From positions 39,060,001 through 39,124,000 of the forward strand of contig OZ024745.1 in assembly GCA_964016885.1 (NCBI GenBank): DNA of 64,000 nt, in the 5' to 3' direction. Shown in pieces: positions 28,961 through 44,959 of the stretch; the first letter of the stretch is position 1, and every line of letters begins with the position of its first letter. Origin of the DNA: Eledone cirrhosa (Eukaryota). The notes beneath the pieces were generated by a model. It saw only the letters and a list, made by a program, of their open reading frames with translations, ran no database searches and was not told the origin of the DNA. The position numbers and the translations under genes are program-made.

Positions 28961-30374
28961 TCTCATATTTTGAACAAATACGAAATCAGTTCATCCGGAA
29001 TGATTAAGAGTAAGCCAATTTACCACCTTTATAGTAGTGTGTAACATACTATATGGTAATTTATGTCATTGTATACATAATATATAATAGGTTGTACGAG
29101 AAACGATACCTCTTGCTATAATTTAGTGAAATATTTAAACATATATATTATTTTATCTACTCTTGGTAAAATAATTCTACGTCGGCAACAAAGCATAATA
29201 TATGGGACATTTAAATAGATATTGTGATTAGGTTTGACACACATGAAGATTTAACTGCAATGAGAGCGGACTGTAACGCGGTATTTAATATGCACTATGG
29301 TAATTCGGTCGCATCTAAGATAATAGATGTCTCATGAGACGAATAAAAAATAGGGGTCGTAAAAATAAAAACCGATCCATTAAACGCTAGAAGACTGAAC
29401 ATTAACTATAAAAATCATTAATATCATATATATACCATGTGTGTGTAATTATGTATATATATATATATTCTCATCTTTGGTGAAGATGTCAGAGTTAAAC
29501 TTGTAGAATTTCAATTTAAGATTATTATCTAGTATGTCTTGTGCTGTGTTAACCCTTTAAGTCGTGCGTGTTTTTATTCTCTGTAATATAGTTTATATAC
29601 CTATAATTACAATTTCGTTTTTAATGTATCATTGTTATATTGTGATACACATTTAGAGGTTTTTTCATTGTTATATTTAACATTTAATTTTGGTATGATT
29701 CCTTTAGCTATTCCATAAATATATCGCGTACTTTAAGAGACAGCGCTGCTTTAGGCATGTATGTTTGACCTACTAAATTCATATCTCAACATATCTGGAA
29801 CGACACATTTATTCACTTTCTGCCAATAATAATATCCTAAATCCGTAAGCGACGCACAGGATGGTATATTTTGGTTTGTCATAAGTATATCCCCAGTGAC
29901 AAATACATCATCTCGCCGCTTGCAATTTATCAAAGTGTCCATGAGAGCATCTGAGTATCACATGAAATTAATACAATACTTTACACACATTATCTGGTAT
30001 TTTAGAGATAAATAAAAGAAACAAAAAGTATAAAGTTTAATTATCGTGTTCCGCTTTTAAATATTACATCTTGCTTTAATTCTCTTTAATTTGTAAGTGA
30101 GATGGAAATCTACGACCAATCTCTATTCAAATCTAAAACAATAAGGAAATAACTATCAATAATATTTCTTGATGTAGCGATTACCAAGTCTATTCGTAAT
30201 CATATCTCACACGATATTTCAATTATTTTGTTTAAATCAGTTTGAAATACGAAAGAGAAATGTTTCCAGTCTTTTATATAAATAAGTATATAAAATAAAA
30301 TGGACATGCCTAATTTAATCGTTTAAATGAGAATTTTTGTCGGTCAAAAGGTTTGCTCGTTAAATATATATATA

Positions 30375-32682
30375 TATAGGAATTGGTATTCGTCTTCGCA
30401 TTAATATTGCAAAACAGTATTATCAAAATTGTCCGGGTGATTGGTAGTTACCACAATGCTGGTTTGTATTTATTTTCTTGATTTATTCTTAAATTGAGTT
30501 TGGCAAATCCTATTGTCTATAGTTAGTATGCTCTTCACCTTAGCGAATCTGGTATCTTACGATTTGAACACATATATGTATATATCTGTGTTCGCTTTTC
30601 CTTTTTGTTCAGTTATATGTATATATTCATTGTTTTTATTAATATATATATATATATATATATATAAATTAATAAAAACAATGAATACAAACAAAGAACA
30701 AGTTCCTTATATAAAAAAATCATCATTTTACGATGGTTTCTAGGACTACACCCAAAAATACCAATCTAAAACTTAATTTCTCTACCTCTTCTCACATAAA
30801 ATATAATGACTTTCAAAAAAACATCCATCCTATTACTTCAATATATGTTAACAACATTACTAACACAATTCCTAATAATCAAACTAAAACACCTAAATCA
30901 GTTAATCTAACTAAACCTATATATAATAAATTCACTAATAGCATCTCTCTTAATAAACATGCTGATACATCGTATAAATGTAAAAATCAATATCGAAACC
31001 GTAATACACGGGTTACTTGGTATAATGCTCCATTTAATCAACAAATTAAAGATAATATCCCTAAACAATTGTTTACTATGCTAGAGAAAAACTTCCCGCC
31101 AAACCGTAAATACCATCAAATTTTAAATAGATCAACTGTCAAATGTTCGTACTGCACTACCAAAGATATACAATAAAATATAAGTGCGTACAGCGCATAT
31201 AAATGTAAAAAAAACTCTAATATACCACCAACACATCAAACCAACCATAATACTAAAATAAACCGCAACAAAACACCATCTCCTTCACATATAATAAGTC
31301 GAGTAAATTCCACACTAAATTTGACTAACTCCCTTGATATAATATTATAAACCTAATTAATATACACCGTACACTTATATTTTACATATTATTATAATTA
31401 GTTTTTTTAATTTAGTTAACCTATAATTAGTACTTTACTACAGATAACTTCTTAATTTTATTTCCCTTATTACAGCTCTCTTTTCCTAAAATTAATACCT
31501 AAAAGTATACATATAAATTAATTTAATTTCCTGTTATGAATCCAGATTACTAGTAGTTCATATAAGATTGGTATTTCTCACTACTACCCTTATCCCAACA
31601 TTTTATTTTCCTTCGTTTTTAACAACATTCTTTAATAACATGTAATTCTTATTTATCACATCCATATGAATTAATATAAATTTATCCCTATAAGTAAACC
31701 TATCAATTAATTTAATTTCTTGTTATAGATCTAGATTCCCTGTGGTTTAAAGAAGATTGGTAGTTCTCACTAATAACCTTACCCTAAAATTTTACTTTCC
31801 TTCGATTTTAACATTATTCTTTAATAACATCAAATTTTCGTGTACTGGCCTGAGCTGTTTTCATCCCCAAATATTATTTTCATTCAAAGTATTATTTCCA
31901 ATCAAAACATAAGTCTGCACTCCTCTACCCCTAAATTAAATTTCTACTACTATAATTCTATCAACTTTTTTTCAATCTAGCTAACTTAGTCATTTACAAT
32001 ACAAACATGGATATGTTGGTATTTGTGTTTATCAAATATATTGATTTATATTAACTTGTATTACACGACTCAGAAATACTTCTTTCTTTGAGCTATTTCA
32101 TTGTAAAGGACTACCTGAGATTTGAACTCATTATTAATAGTATCACTGCTCCTTACGTAGAGCTAAATTTAACCCCATATAAACGGCTGTTATTTCTAGC
32201 AGCACGAGTATGCGGTAGCTAGACACTGGATAATCATGTGTGAAAAACCATGTGCGTTAAACAGTCTTTTTAAATATTTTGAAGTGAAACATACCAATTT
32301 TTCTGGTGCTTGCTGAGGAGATAGAAATGCGGTATTCTTTCACTTTCATTTTTCGAAACTTATTTGGATTTTATCGTTTAAACCAATCTACGGAACAGGT
32401 TTGATTTTGAAATTTAAATTTGTCCAAGCACCACGGCTATTTGCCAATATACTTTGTTTTTATTGATTTATTATTTTAAATCGAGACAGGCAAACATTAT
32501 TATTATAATTAGTATTTTTCAATCTAGCTAACTTAGTCATTTACAATACAAACATGGATATGTTGGTATTTGTGTTTATCAAATATATTGATTTATATTA
32601 ACTTGTATTACACGGCTCAGAAATACTTCTTTCTTTGAGCTATTTCATTGTAAAGGACTACCTGAGATTTGAACTCATTATT

Positions 32683-32690
<8 letters not shown>
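30375..32690 (+). mobile_element. Internally deleted PLE derivative: pLTR fragment, linker ORF remnant and partially tandem pLTR
   Basis: ORF 30733-31176 has VTWYNAPFN..NFPPNRKYHQILNRSTVKCSY (PLE linker). A direct repeat at 31974/32521 gives a 547 bp period. A degenerate HHR core CTGAGGA..GAAA lies at ~32313-32358. Confidence 0.7.
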
Positions 32691-32736
<46 letters not shown>

Positions 32737-34076
32737 ATACGTACATACATATATGTATACAGACGTACAGTAGTATGTATATATATATACATACATGCGC
32801 ACATATATATATATGCACCTATGGATTTACCGAACATTTATTATAATGCTCGGTTTGTTTGTAAACAAACATCCTGAATTAAGCCGTACAGTGTTAGCAA
32901 CCATCGTTGCCCTTTTGTTAAACATCGACAAAGGAACGATGTACTAGCTTCAAACTTATTAGCTATCGTCAGCACCGCACACCTGCCTGCCAGATGATTG
33001 AACGTATGAACGAATATACTTTCCTTATGCATATTAACGGCTGATCAGCCTAATTTGTATGTCATGTGAGTTAATCGGATGGGCGCACCGAAAACGATAA
33101 ATGGAAACATTGAAACGAAATTTCATTTCTCACTGTTGGTACGGCTGTTACTTAAATATAAGTATGTATACGTACATACATATATGTATCCAGAGATACA
33201 GTAGTATGTATATATATACATACATGCATACATATATATATATGTACGTATGGATTTACCGAACATTTATTATAATACTCGGTTTGTTTGTAAACAAACA
33301 TCCTGAATTAAGCCGTACAATGTTTAACAACCATCGTTACCCTTTTGTTCAGCGCTGACAAAGGAACGATGTACTAGTTTCAAGCTTATTACCTATCGTC
33401 AGCACCGTATACCTTCCTGCCAGATGATTGAACGTCTGAAAGCATATACTTTCCTTAAGCATATTAACGGCTGAGCAGCCTAATTTGCATATATTAAATG
33501 TTCGGTAAATCCATAAGTACCTATATATATACATGTGTGCATGTATGTATATATATACATACTATTGTACGTCTGTATACATATATGTATGTACGTATAC
33601 ATACTTATATTTAAGTAACAGCCGTACTAAGAGTGAGAAATGAAATTTCGTTTAATTTTTTCCATTTATCGTTTTCGGTGCGCCCGGCCGATTAACTCAC
33701 TCGATATACAAATTAGGCTGCTCAGCCGTTAATATGCATAAGGAAAGTATATACTTTCAGACTTCAATCATCTGGCAGAAAGTTATACCGTGCTGACGAT
33801 AGCTAATAAGCTTGAAACAGTACACCGTTCCTTTGTCAGTGTTGAACAAAAGGGCAACGATGGTTGCTAAACACTTTACGGCTTAATTTTTATAAGAAAT
33901 GTTCGGTTTAATAAATGTTCGGTAAATCAATACTTACATATATACATGTGTGCCAGTATGTATATATATATACATACTACTGTATGTCTGTATACATATA
34001 TGTATGTACGTATACATATTTATATTTAAGTGACAGCCGTACTAAGAGTGAGAAATGAAATTTCCTTTCATTTTTT

Positions 34077-34080
<4 letters not shown>
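32737..34080. repeat. Tandem and inverted array of the ~430 bp HHR-bearing monomer
   Basis: HHR motif at 32937 and 33367 (430 bp apart); orientation flips at ~33495. Confidence 0.88.
33367..33407 (-). ncRNA. Minimal type I hammerhead ribozyme (same family); further copies at 32937 (-), 33788 (+), ~61990 (-) and ~62417 (-) are more degenerate
   Basis: CGGTG-CTGACGA-taggt aata agctt-GAAA-CTAG-TA-CATCG. Confidence 0.78.
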
Positions 34081-34133
<53 letters not shown>

Positions 34134-36244
34134 TATATTTCAAGACCGACGATAGGAAAAAGTACTCAATACTTAGTTTTGTTACTTTGAAGTTCCGCAT
34201 GGGTGTGCGTATGTGTATGTGTGTATGTGTGTGTGTGCGCGTGTGTGTGTATGCGTGTGTGTGTGTGTGTGTGCGTACGCGAGTGTGTGCGTGTATGTGT
34301 AGCACAACAAATTACAAAGTATTTACAAGTCGTAGATGATGGATATAATACTATGCTAAGTAGGTTAATGAGAGAGTTATTCGCTAATTATACTGAGATT
34401 TCCTATACGAATGTAAGTATGTTGGCATGTGCAATGGACAAACCAATGTTATTTTATGCACTAAAGATTTTTCCTTAAACGCCTTATATGTTATATGATA
34501 TTGAGTTTCGTTTCTCCACTGCATCAAATGAGAGGAAGTTATTTATGTTACTGATGCTAAACTGAAGCTTGAGGTGCTTCAAATACGGCTGGATAAACAA
34601 TCTAAAATGTCTGAGAGTAGCAGCTAACAGCAGAGTAGCAGCAAGCAACAGCATACCCAGCATCCACAGGAGAATAGTAGATGATATTTGTTAATTCTGA
34701 CAAAGCATTAGAAATCCACACATCCACAGCATTGGAGCAAACCAGATCCTACGAGAAGGAGGAACTAGAAATAGGGGGATCTATATGCTCACCAATAAAA
34801 TGGTGATTCCATCTTCCATGTAGCTCTTCTGATCCTTCAAATTCCGGAGATGTGGATGATATATTTTCTCGAAAAAATGGAAATACATTTGGGCCGAAAA
34901 GAAAAATATCGTGCAGTTTCCGGGAACGGTTCAAGGCCAATTACATTTTCACAATTCCTCTGTCCTCAGTAAGAATTATAAAGGCTGGAGAAGCTGAAGC
35001 AGGGGAAATTTCGTAGTATACTTGTTGTGTCTTACTTGCAGATAAATTAAATGATAGACTGGTGAAGAAAACTAACACAGATACTCCAAAAAAGCACATA
35101 TACGATATAGTCAGACACACTAATACAGTTACTTCTTAATTAGAAACCATAATTTACATCCTCCTTGTTGTTTGTAAACAGAAAAAAACAGTGTGTGCTT
35201 GCAGACATCTCAATCTCCAGTTATCCCATTTCTTCAACTGGTTTCGGTTTCTCACTTCTTTGAAAATGTATCTCATTGTTATTTCAAGAATTTTTTAACC
35301 TGTTCATTCAATCTTTTCCTCCGGGCTCAATGAATGAAAATGTGTCTCCTGGTGTGTTCTGTATTCTTCCTTTATGAAATCTTTTCTGTTATATTGTTTG
35401 AGATACTTATCTAAAATACAGCTAGATATTTAGACAGGTAGCACTTAATTATCAAATATATAATAGAGTGTTGAACTGTCAGTAATAACAAAAACACAAA
35501 TATTTAAATGACAGAGCCCATTCATTTGAATAAAATATTTGAGTTTATTATGAAATATATTTCTTGTAACATACAGATATACCACACACTGACGCACCTA
35601 TATATGCTTCTGCATAATTCAGTAATAACAGATTTCGAGAAACCAAGTAAATTGTATAAATAGAAGAGAAATATACAATAGATAACGGAAAAAAATGATA
35701 CTTCTAAGTATTTATTAGTTTTTATTACACATGATCAAAGAACATTTATCACGAGTAATAACCGTAAATGGAGCCAAACATTATTTCATTATTTTTAACG
35801 TACATTCGATTCTTTTTTCCACCTATTCCCATGGGTATAGTTCCAAGCTAGTGGAATCAAACCACTATAATTTATTTCATCAAGCCCAGAGGATTTCATC
35901 AACCCCAGAGTACATAATAGTAATTCGGATGGAACCATGATTACAAATCTAGTATATATATATACACACACTTATATATATATATATAATATAAGATCAA
36001 AAGATGGGTAAAGGAGTTCCATGTATTTTATTATGCGCATTTCAAAAACAAACATCATCATGCAATAATATTTGTGTTTTCATCAGATAAAACAGGAGAA
36101 CATGATATGAAGGCTAAAAAAAACACTTGTGGATAGTGCAGTTTTAAATCAACATTATATTATGTATACTCCAGTCCTACAAAATGTAGAGTGCTTCTTA
36201 TCCGATATCTGCATTGCTTTATTGTACTACAATAAAACTCACCT

Positions 36245-36359
<115 letters not shown>

Positions 36360-36801
36360 TGTGTGACTGGAAATAGCACGGAACATATATTTAAGGCCTG
36401 TTATTCTTGTTTCCTTTCTATGTTTCGTCAACGTGACATTATTGAAAAACAATTCTTTTAAAAAAGAGTTTTATAACGTATATAAAGTATATAAAGTATA
36501 ACCGGTTGTATTAGTAAAATTCATCTTTATCAAATTTGAGTATTACAATTATAGATAATTGATAAGAATTAAAAAGTAAAAATTAAAGATTTAAAATTGT
36601 GTGTTGAGGTATGTTATTTTTCATCTTCCTTGTTGAGAAGGAGATTGGAAAATGAACTCTTGTGTATATAGAGAGAGGTGTAGTCATAAAGTAGCATCAG
36701 CAGTGATGGTAGGTTGTTGTTTTTTCACATAGAACTAGATTAATTTTATGGACAAAAGATATATTCTGTAAATATGTGTGTATCTCAATGTTGTTAATGG
36801 A

Positions 36802-36860
<59 letters not shown>

Positions 36861-37764
36861 GGCTGTAGATGTGCAAGATAATTGCGTCTGTAGGCGGTAT
36901 GTTGGGTGAAGTTTCGATGCTCTCGCAGAGCATAGTATCAATAGTATACGAATAAAGGAACAACGAATCAGTGCTGCATCATAACATATTTAATGACATA
37001 TTGTATATGTTTCCGTGTCGAACAGCTCGTGAACGATCTATTATTGATCGAACCTTAATGTGGATTAGAAAGATATGCTTCAATATGTAAGCTCGACTCT
37101 GATGGTGTATGAATATCGCCCAATCCCTTGTTATATTCACCACATTCCTTCACCTGCCATTGGTGCGTTATCAATCATATAATTGATTTAGTTACCAAAC
37201 AACGTCTATCCTCCATGCGTCTATCCTTCATCGAGCTGGCGCGTTAGCCTCCCAAATATATATTGTTTGATTGACCCTTTTCGTACATTGAAGTTATTCT
37301 GTTCTTTTGTATATATCATGCACAATTGAATTTCGCTCTATCTATGTATACATATCGGCAGGTAAATATTCTTTTTGTGCTATGACCGTCTATAATAATA
37401 CTTAAACATTTTGTTGATAAATGCAGTTGTGTTATTGCATTTCGTGTAATACATTTGAACGAGAATCGTACTTTGATATTATGTTGGACAATATTTGAGA
37501 AACCCCCTGCGTTGAACGTATATGTTTAAGATAATCAACTACCAATTTGAATCGGGTGTTTGTCATTCAGTTTTGTGTCAATTCTATTTGAAAACGGTAT
37601 GTAATAATATTCTGATCGTTGGCTTCCCTTAACGATCAATATTTTACAGCATGTCGTTATGGGTTACAATGTATAATTGTAGTAAATCGGTATAACATGT
37701 GTTATGGAAGCTAGTTGAAGGTAGCAAGGCGGGATGATAAATCCAAATGAATTGTAGATAAAAC

Positions 37765-38160
37765 TTCAGTGACTGGGGATTCTTTCCTTTGTTGTTGTGC
37801 CTACGCCATCTTGTTTCTGTGTTTGTGTTGTGACAAAACACACACACAGAAACAAGAGGCGTAGGACCGAACAAAGAAGAGGCACAAAAACAAAGAACAT
37901 AATCCCCAGTCATTGAAGAGGTCACATAATGTGTGACGAAAGAATGTTGACAATATATAAACAACGATCTGGTTGTGGAACCTACGAACCAACCGGAAAT
38001 TTATAAATTCCTAAATTTATAAATTTATTATAATAAATGGAAGTGGAATCAACTGGTGCGTATGTTTCTTATTGGCAACATGACCCTCCCAAAGTATAAC
38101 AATATCGGTTTCAACACACGTTTTCAGATAAAGAATCTTGCTAAACAAATTCAGAAACGA

Positions 38161-38165
<5 letters not shown>
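37765..38165 (+). mobile_element. PLE pLTR copy (same family as 6660-7000) with a short 5' fold-back
   Basis: Reverse complement of 6660-6990, with an HHR-like motif at 37909-37951. Confidence 0.8.
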
Positions 38166-38218
<53 letters not shown>

Positions 38219-38415
38219 GTGTATTTAAATTCAAGTGCCACTGTCTTGATCGGAGAGTGGATGCGTCAATCTAATAATTCTTTCAGTGAATACTCGATAT
38301 TTTTTCAGGATTTAACAATTGTTTAAAACAACATAAACACATAAATACACACACAATATATGTATATATATATGTGTGTGTGTATGTGTGTGTGTGTGTG
38401 CGTGTGTGTGTGTGT

Positions 38416-38458
<43 letters not shown>

Positions 38459-39578
38459 TTTGCGTGTGAGTGTGTGTGTGTGAATGTGTGTGTATGCATG
38501 TATGCATGTATAACGACGAGAGTTGTTTGAGAATTAAAATAGAAATAGAAAGTTAACCGTAACGGTTTACTAAATATAGTAATCTAATAACGGGGCGTAT
38601 AAACCCACTGAATGGAAAAAAATGATTGATATGCACTCATATATATGCATAAAATTACGTATAGATATGTACATTAACTGGTAGGGAGATAGACCATGTT
38701 TTTGACATTAAATAATATTTGGGGCATGAGAACGTTGGTCTGTAATTAGGCAATATTAAGGGTAGGTAAAACAACAACCAACTGAAATAAAGTAAGGAGA
38801 AAACTCTCGCACTATAACTGAAACCGGAATCGCTAGAATCGAAAGATAAAAAAATATTCATTAATACCTGTTGGAATGGCTATACTTGCTAATATCCTTA
38901 ATACAATTGGCAAATAAAAAAATACATATAAAATCGAGGGATCCTTAGTAACCTGATATATCATGTATTATACGAAGCTAAATACCAGGCACAAAATCAA
39001 CTATACTATTAGCATTTCCGATACTATCATTAACGTTTACGATGAATCATTTGCATTGTCGCCATATCTGAGAAAAATACCATGTTATATATCAAGAAAC
39101 ACCTCAATGTTTTAAACAAGACGTAGTGCCTATTAGAATTGTTTCTAGAAAATTCTGAAACAGTCATAGATGGTCATAGATGAGTAAATTTGACCACAGT
39201 CTACTCAACAATGATTGTCAGCAAACGAGCAGATATTATGAGTAGCCACTCTATCTGTTGCAAACAGCCACCAAATTTTCATCGAGTATACATTTAATTG
39301 TTTAGACAATGTCTGACACGAAGAGAAAGTTAAACCACAATAACAAAACATATAAATATGTGAAAATAAAGCAAAAGATTTGTTCCAAATAATATCTGAA
39401 CACCAATGTCACACTATACAAACAGCTACAAAAAAGATAAAATGAAATACGGAATACAAAAAAAAAAATAAATAAAATAGTAAATATTAATGTACTTAAA
39501 TGTTAAAACCTAATTTAAGTAATGGTGATAAGGTGTGCTAAAAACACATACTATATAATAAAGGAAATAAATATGGTA

Positions 39579-39648
<70 letters not shown>

Positions 39649-39692
39649 AGTTAAATAAAAAGTCAAATGTTTAAAATTTAGCTTCGTTTATT

Positions 39693-39747
39693 ACTGCTAT
39701 ATATATTTCAGTGACAGCCATCTTTGGCTGTGACCTCTTCAGGCAGT
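39693..39747 (-). ncRNA. Type I hammerhead ribozyme
   Basis: ACTGC-CTGAAGA-GGTcACAGCC aaagat GGCTGTcACT-GAAA-TATATA-TA-GCAGT, followed by AATAAA. Confidence 0.88.
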
Positions 39748-40238
39748 CCGAATTAGTGTGGTATAGACAAGTACATATGTTGTTGAGGTGTATAATTTGG
39801 TCAATACTCTGATATGTCCAGTTCCTGGTTAGGTTGTTATTTATGTGAGGAACTGGAACATATGAATTCAAACAAACGAATGTCAGTGTCAAAGGGCCTC
39901 TTCTCCTCTCATTGGTCAGTTGTTAGAACATTCCTCATTCTAAGTGTTGTTATTGTTGGAGTTAGCCTAAAAAATTGATAAAGTGGTAGAAGGAACAAGG
40001 TGGTAAAGGAAGAAAATAACAAAAAAAGTGTCAAACTTCCCATTGGTCGGTTTTGAGAGCATTCCTCAGTCAGAAGTCTATAGAATTCTTTCTGATGTGA
40101 GGCTCCCTATAGTGTTTGTGTTTGCTATTAACTTTATTTTACATTACTCCGGAGTAACCAACCTGCGCACTTCGTCGAGTGCTCCAGCCTGCATACTGAG
40201 GTGTTGGTATACAACCAACATATACTCAAAATCTCTCT

Positions 40239-40300
<62 letters not shown>

Positions 40301-42772
40301 TGAAAGTGTGTAAGCGTGCATGTGTGTAGATATCGATCCTATGAGAGAAAAGAAAAATAATGATCAGGAAAATAAAATAAAATCCCTTGGCAAATGAAGA
40401 CTTTCAAATGTTGCGAAGGATGCGTCTAGGGGAAATATAACCTAGGCTTCACATAATTAGTTGAGCTTTGAATGTAAACAGTAGCGATAAGTAAATAAGT
40501 AAATATTGTAGATAATGTTAGAGAAAGTGTGGCATGAAGTATTCATTCGGGAAAGCCGTTTAACAAAGAGGGAAGCGTCTGCAATGTCTGTAGATTATTT
40601 CCGGGAGCTGCGGAGAATTTTCGGCGATGAAAAACAATTAGAGAATATTAATGTTTCTTATAGAAGTCATGTGTGAAATGTTGTTTTCGTTTTCGACGAA
40701 ATGCTGCAGTTAATAAAATAATATCCCTAACGCCTACCAGTTCTCTGCAAAAAATTCAAAGTATAAATACGAAAAATAATGGTTTCTTTATTTATGAATA
40801 CGAAAGATAATTTTAAAAATGTCATTGTTTATATACATACAGTATTATTGTTTTAATTCTTATTTCACCACTTGTGGAAATCAAATTTTCCACCCGATAA
40901 ACGATGTACACAATCTATTGCGGGTATCCAGAAAATCGATAGGCATGTAAAGTAGATGCATGTTGGTAATTATTCCGGCACTAAGGTTTTGAGTTCATAT
41001 CGCACCCTGTCTCACTGTTTAGCAGTTTGACACTATTTAGTGGAGTCCACTTTGTTGAAAGCGTATGGATCACGTTATATTTAGCACCAGTCTTGGAAGT
41101 TCTGCCCGTTTACTATTTAAGGAATAATAAACACCCCAGAATATTAATTATAATTTATACATCTATAGGGAACCACACTTACATCTACGTACTTCGCACA
41201 TTGAGACTTACCTGAAATATTCGGTGAAATTCAATAACCATTGTGGAAATTTTCTTTATATTTTGATATGGACCGACGACATTATAATGCTTATTTCACC
41301 AATATAATAAAAAATATAAACAGAGAACTGAAACACCCAATCCGCAAACTAATAACTGTTAGAAATACAAAGATAATCTCTTACATGTCACAGTCTACCT
41401 TTTATACAAAGTCAACATATTGAATAAAGTACTGTTATATAAGCTATGCCCGAAGTGATGTGAGGAGCATGAATGGATCTAACGCCAAGATGTGCCTGCT
41501 GGGTAACATCTGACCAAGTATATCAACAATAACAGAATCAACATCCTCATCTGCACATTGCATCTAACGTTGTGTACTCTACCAGGGCCACCGGAATGCA
41601 TCTTTCTTTTCAGAGGAGGAGGATACTAAATCAACCCATAGGTTGACAAACAATTATTGTGATGCACCCAGAAGAATGGAGGGAATATAATCTTTGAATA
41701 TGTTTGAAATATATTTCAATATATTTGACCATAGCTCTACTAATCATGCAATTCAGTATAGCCAGTCTCCTATATATGACATTTCAGTTCATCTAGGAAT
41801 ATTATTCATATTACTTTGCTAAAAATATTGCCGTTCAGAATTAATATAACACCCTGGGTGAGTTTGATATTCAATCTACAGTGTGACGATAAATTGAAAT
41901 GTTCGTTGTCGTCTTTGTTGCTATGGTTTAATCAGGAAGCCAATTCGGATTTAGTGTACATAACACAAAATCCATGATAGTCCTACCGTATTATCTATTT
42001 AATATTTTCGTGTACATATTCTGGATAATATACACCAAGTTACGTTATCCAATTAACGTTGTTTTATTAAGACAGGAGCATATAGTTTTGGGGAGAGATG
42101 GGCTGATATTTTAGCTGGACATATGGGTGAATTACATGGGTGAATTATTTTTCACATAAAATACTGTATTCTATGTACTTTTGTATTATAAAAAGCTATA
42201 AAATCACCAGCCTAATATTTCTAGCCTTCGGGCTCTGCTTGAAATCAATATCAAATGTAAAACAAATGAAAATAAAACAACATCCTTCAAAATGTGAAAT
42301 TATCAACTTCATTAAATCTGGAAATTTATAGCTAGGCAATAAGGAAGTCGTTCAAATATATGAAATTATTTCTAATGGTGATTGAATGTTCTCTAGAATA
42401 ATTATATATCATTTTTGTTTTATTACAGTCTCATAATATAATGTCAATGCATAATTTTCTAGTATTGCTATACGGATAATTTCATAGTTTTTTATCAGGC
42501 AAATAATAAATATATATAAAGCTTTTAATAGCTGAAATAGTCTTTATTATTATATCTTCCTCGGGAAATGGATGAGGTAGACCATAAGCTTTGGATAGAT
42601 TCAACTGTTTATGAATGCCATAAACTCTGTAAGACACGGATTATGAATAAGAGGGTGTGTGAGAAATGAATAAAGAAAACGGATAAACGTTGAAGCGAAT
42701 TGATATATACCATGAGGCAGTTGAGAAGAAAAGTATAAACATCATATTATATATGTACACCCACCTCCCAAC

Positions 42773-42824
<52 letters not shown>

Positions 42825-43181
42825 TAAAGAAAAAAGAGATGAAATCGAAAATGCAACTGAAGTCTTATTTTTTTTTTAAATATATATATTTATTTGGTTC
42901 CTTTACCGGTTTCGCAGTTCTTCTGCTTTTCCAAAGGTGAGTCGTGATGGAGGGTCTGTGGTTTTTCTCGCATCAGATGTGAGAAAAACCACAGACCCTC
43001 CATCTCAACTCACCATTTGAAAAGCCGAAGAACTGCGAAACCGGTAAAGGAACCAAATAAATATATATATTTAAAAAAAAAATAAGACTTCAGTTGCATT
43101 TTCGATTTCATCTCTTTTTCTTTATACTTCCACTCGTGTAGGACACCTCGGTTATTTTTCATTTTGTAAAAAAAACCTCAC

Positions 43182-43227
<46 letters not shown>

Positions 43228-43396
43228 GAAAAACTTCGACAGAACTAGAACTGTTTCATTCATGCGTGAATAAATGAAGCAGTTTTAGTCCTGCAGAAGC
43301 TTTTCTATATTAAAACTTTATACTCTCTCTGCTATGTATTGAGTACCTTACTACTGTGGTTACCTCCGATTGAACCCGGATTAACTTATATATATA

Positions 43397-43433
<37 letters not shown>

Positions 43434-43463
43434 GCATATATATATATAAATATATATATACAA

Positions 43464-43536
<73 letters not shown>

Positions 43537-43558
43537 AGCATATATATATATATATATT

Positions 43559-43633
<75 letters not shown>

Positions 43634-44215
43634 TGGGCTTTCTAGCAAAAAAACCTACCAGCCGTAAGCAACTAATCCCATCCTTTCTAACTTGACCGCT
43701 GCCACGTCACGATTCTTAGCCATTTTTGAATGTATTCTTGGCGCGATCACTTTGGAAAATTAATTGTCTAAATTTGAGCTAACTTCCTGAAGAATCCGAA
43801 GCTCTAGATATCCAATGTTATCGGATGTCTTAAAATGCGGATGAAACCATGCTAGAGGTATTTAAATATGTACACTTTTCTTTTAGTTTATTTTACACCT
43901 AATTCTGTTTAGTTGACTGTATATCTAATCGATTTATACATGGTGTAGAAATATTCGATAAATAATCCATCGTAAACGCCGCGAAGGGGTTGCTTTCGGT
44001 TATTTGTCGGAGATTTCTTCATAGGAGCCTTTATTCTTATAGCTTGTCTAATTGATTTTTTATGGGGTTAATTATGCTAATTGGGAGAGGAAATGGCATA
44101 TATTTTATCTGGTGATTCTATAGACATGTTTTATGATATATAGCTCTGATTATTTAATTTATTAATTGTTGATTGAGCCACAAAGTGACCCGTTGCAATA
44201 CACATATATATTTAT

Positions 44216-44261
<46 letters not shown>

Positions 44262-44297
44262 GTATATATATATTTATTTATATATGTATATATATAT

Positions 44298-44374
<77 letters not shown>

Positions 44375-44394
44375 AATATATATATATACATATA

Positions 44395-44575
<181 letters not shown>

Positions 44576-44903
44576 GATATTAACAAATGGAAACTATATT
44601 TATGAAACTATATTTATTTCATATACATATTTCAAGGACATCAAGTTAAATTATGGTGTGCTTTCATGAGATAAAATATAATATAGAGCAGTTTTATAAA
44701 TAAATATTGACATACCCTTAAAGAATGCAACCATTACTGTTGGAAACTCCCGGACTTGAAATATGTATAATGAAATAAATATGGTTTTATAAATATAGTT
44801 TCCATTTGTTAATATCGTATTTTTCTCCAATGATTTGTTGAGTGCTTTATATCAGTTATAAAAATATTAGCTTGTTGTATCCCAACAATTTGAATAGAAC
44901 TGC

Positions 44904-44959
<56 letters not shown>

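Noticed and set aside
32737-34080. Possible CRISPR array or ordinary satellite
   Set aside because: There is no short repeat/unique spacer pattern and the context is eukaryotic. The units are ~430 bp HHR-bearing monomers.
34560-35010. GC-richer unique stretch that might be a host exon
   Set aside because: There is no sustained ORF, recognisable domain or clear splice pair. It could be UTR sequence but is unsupported.
41440-41620. Possible second mariner remnant (RPSIST-like motif)
   Set aside because: Too short and too degenerate to call.
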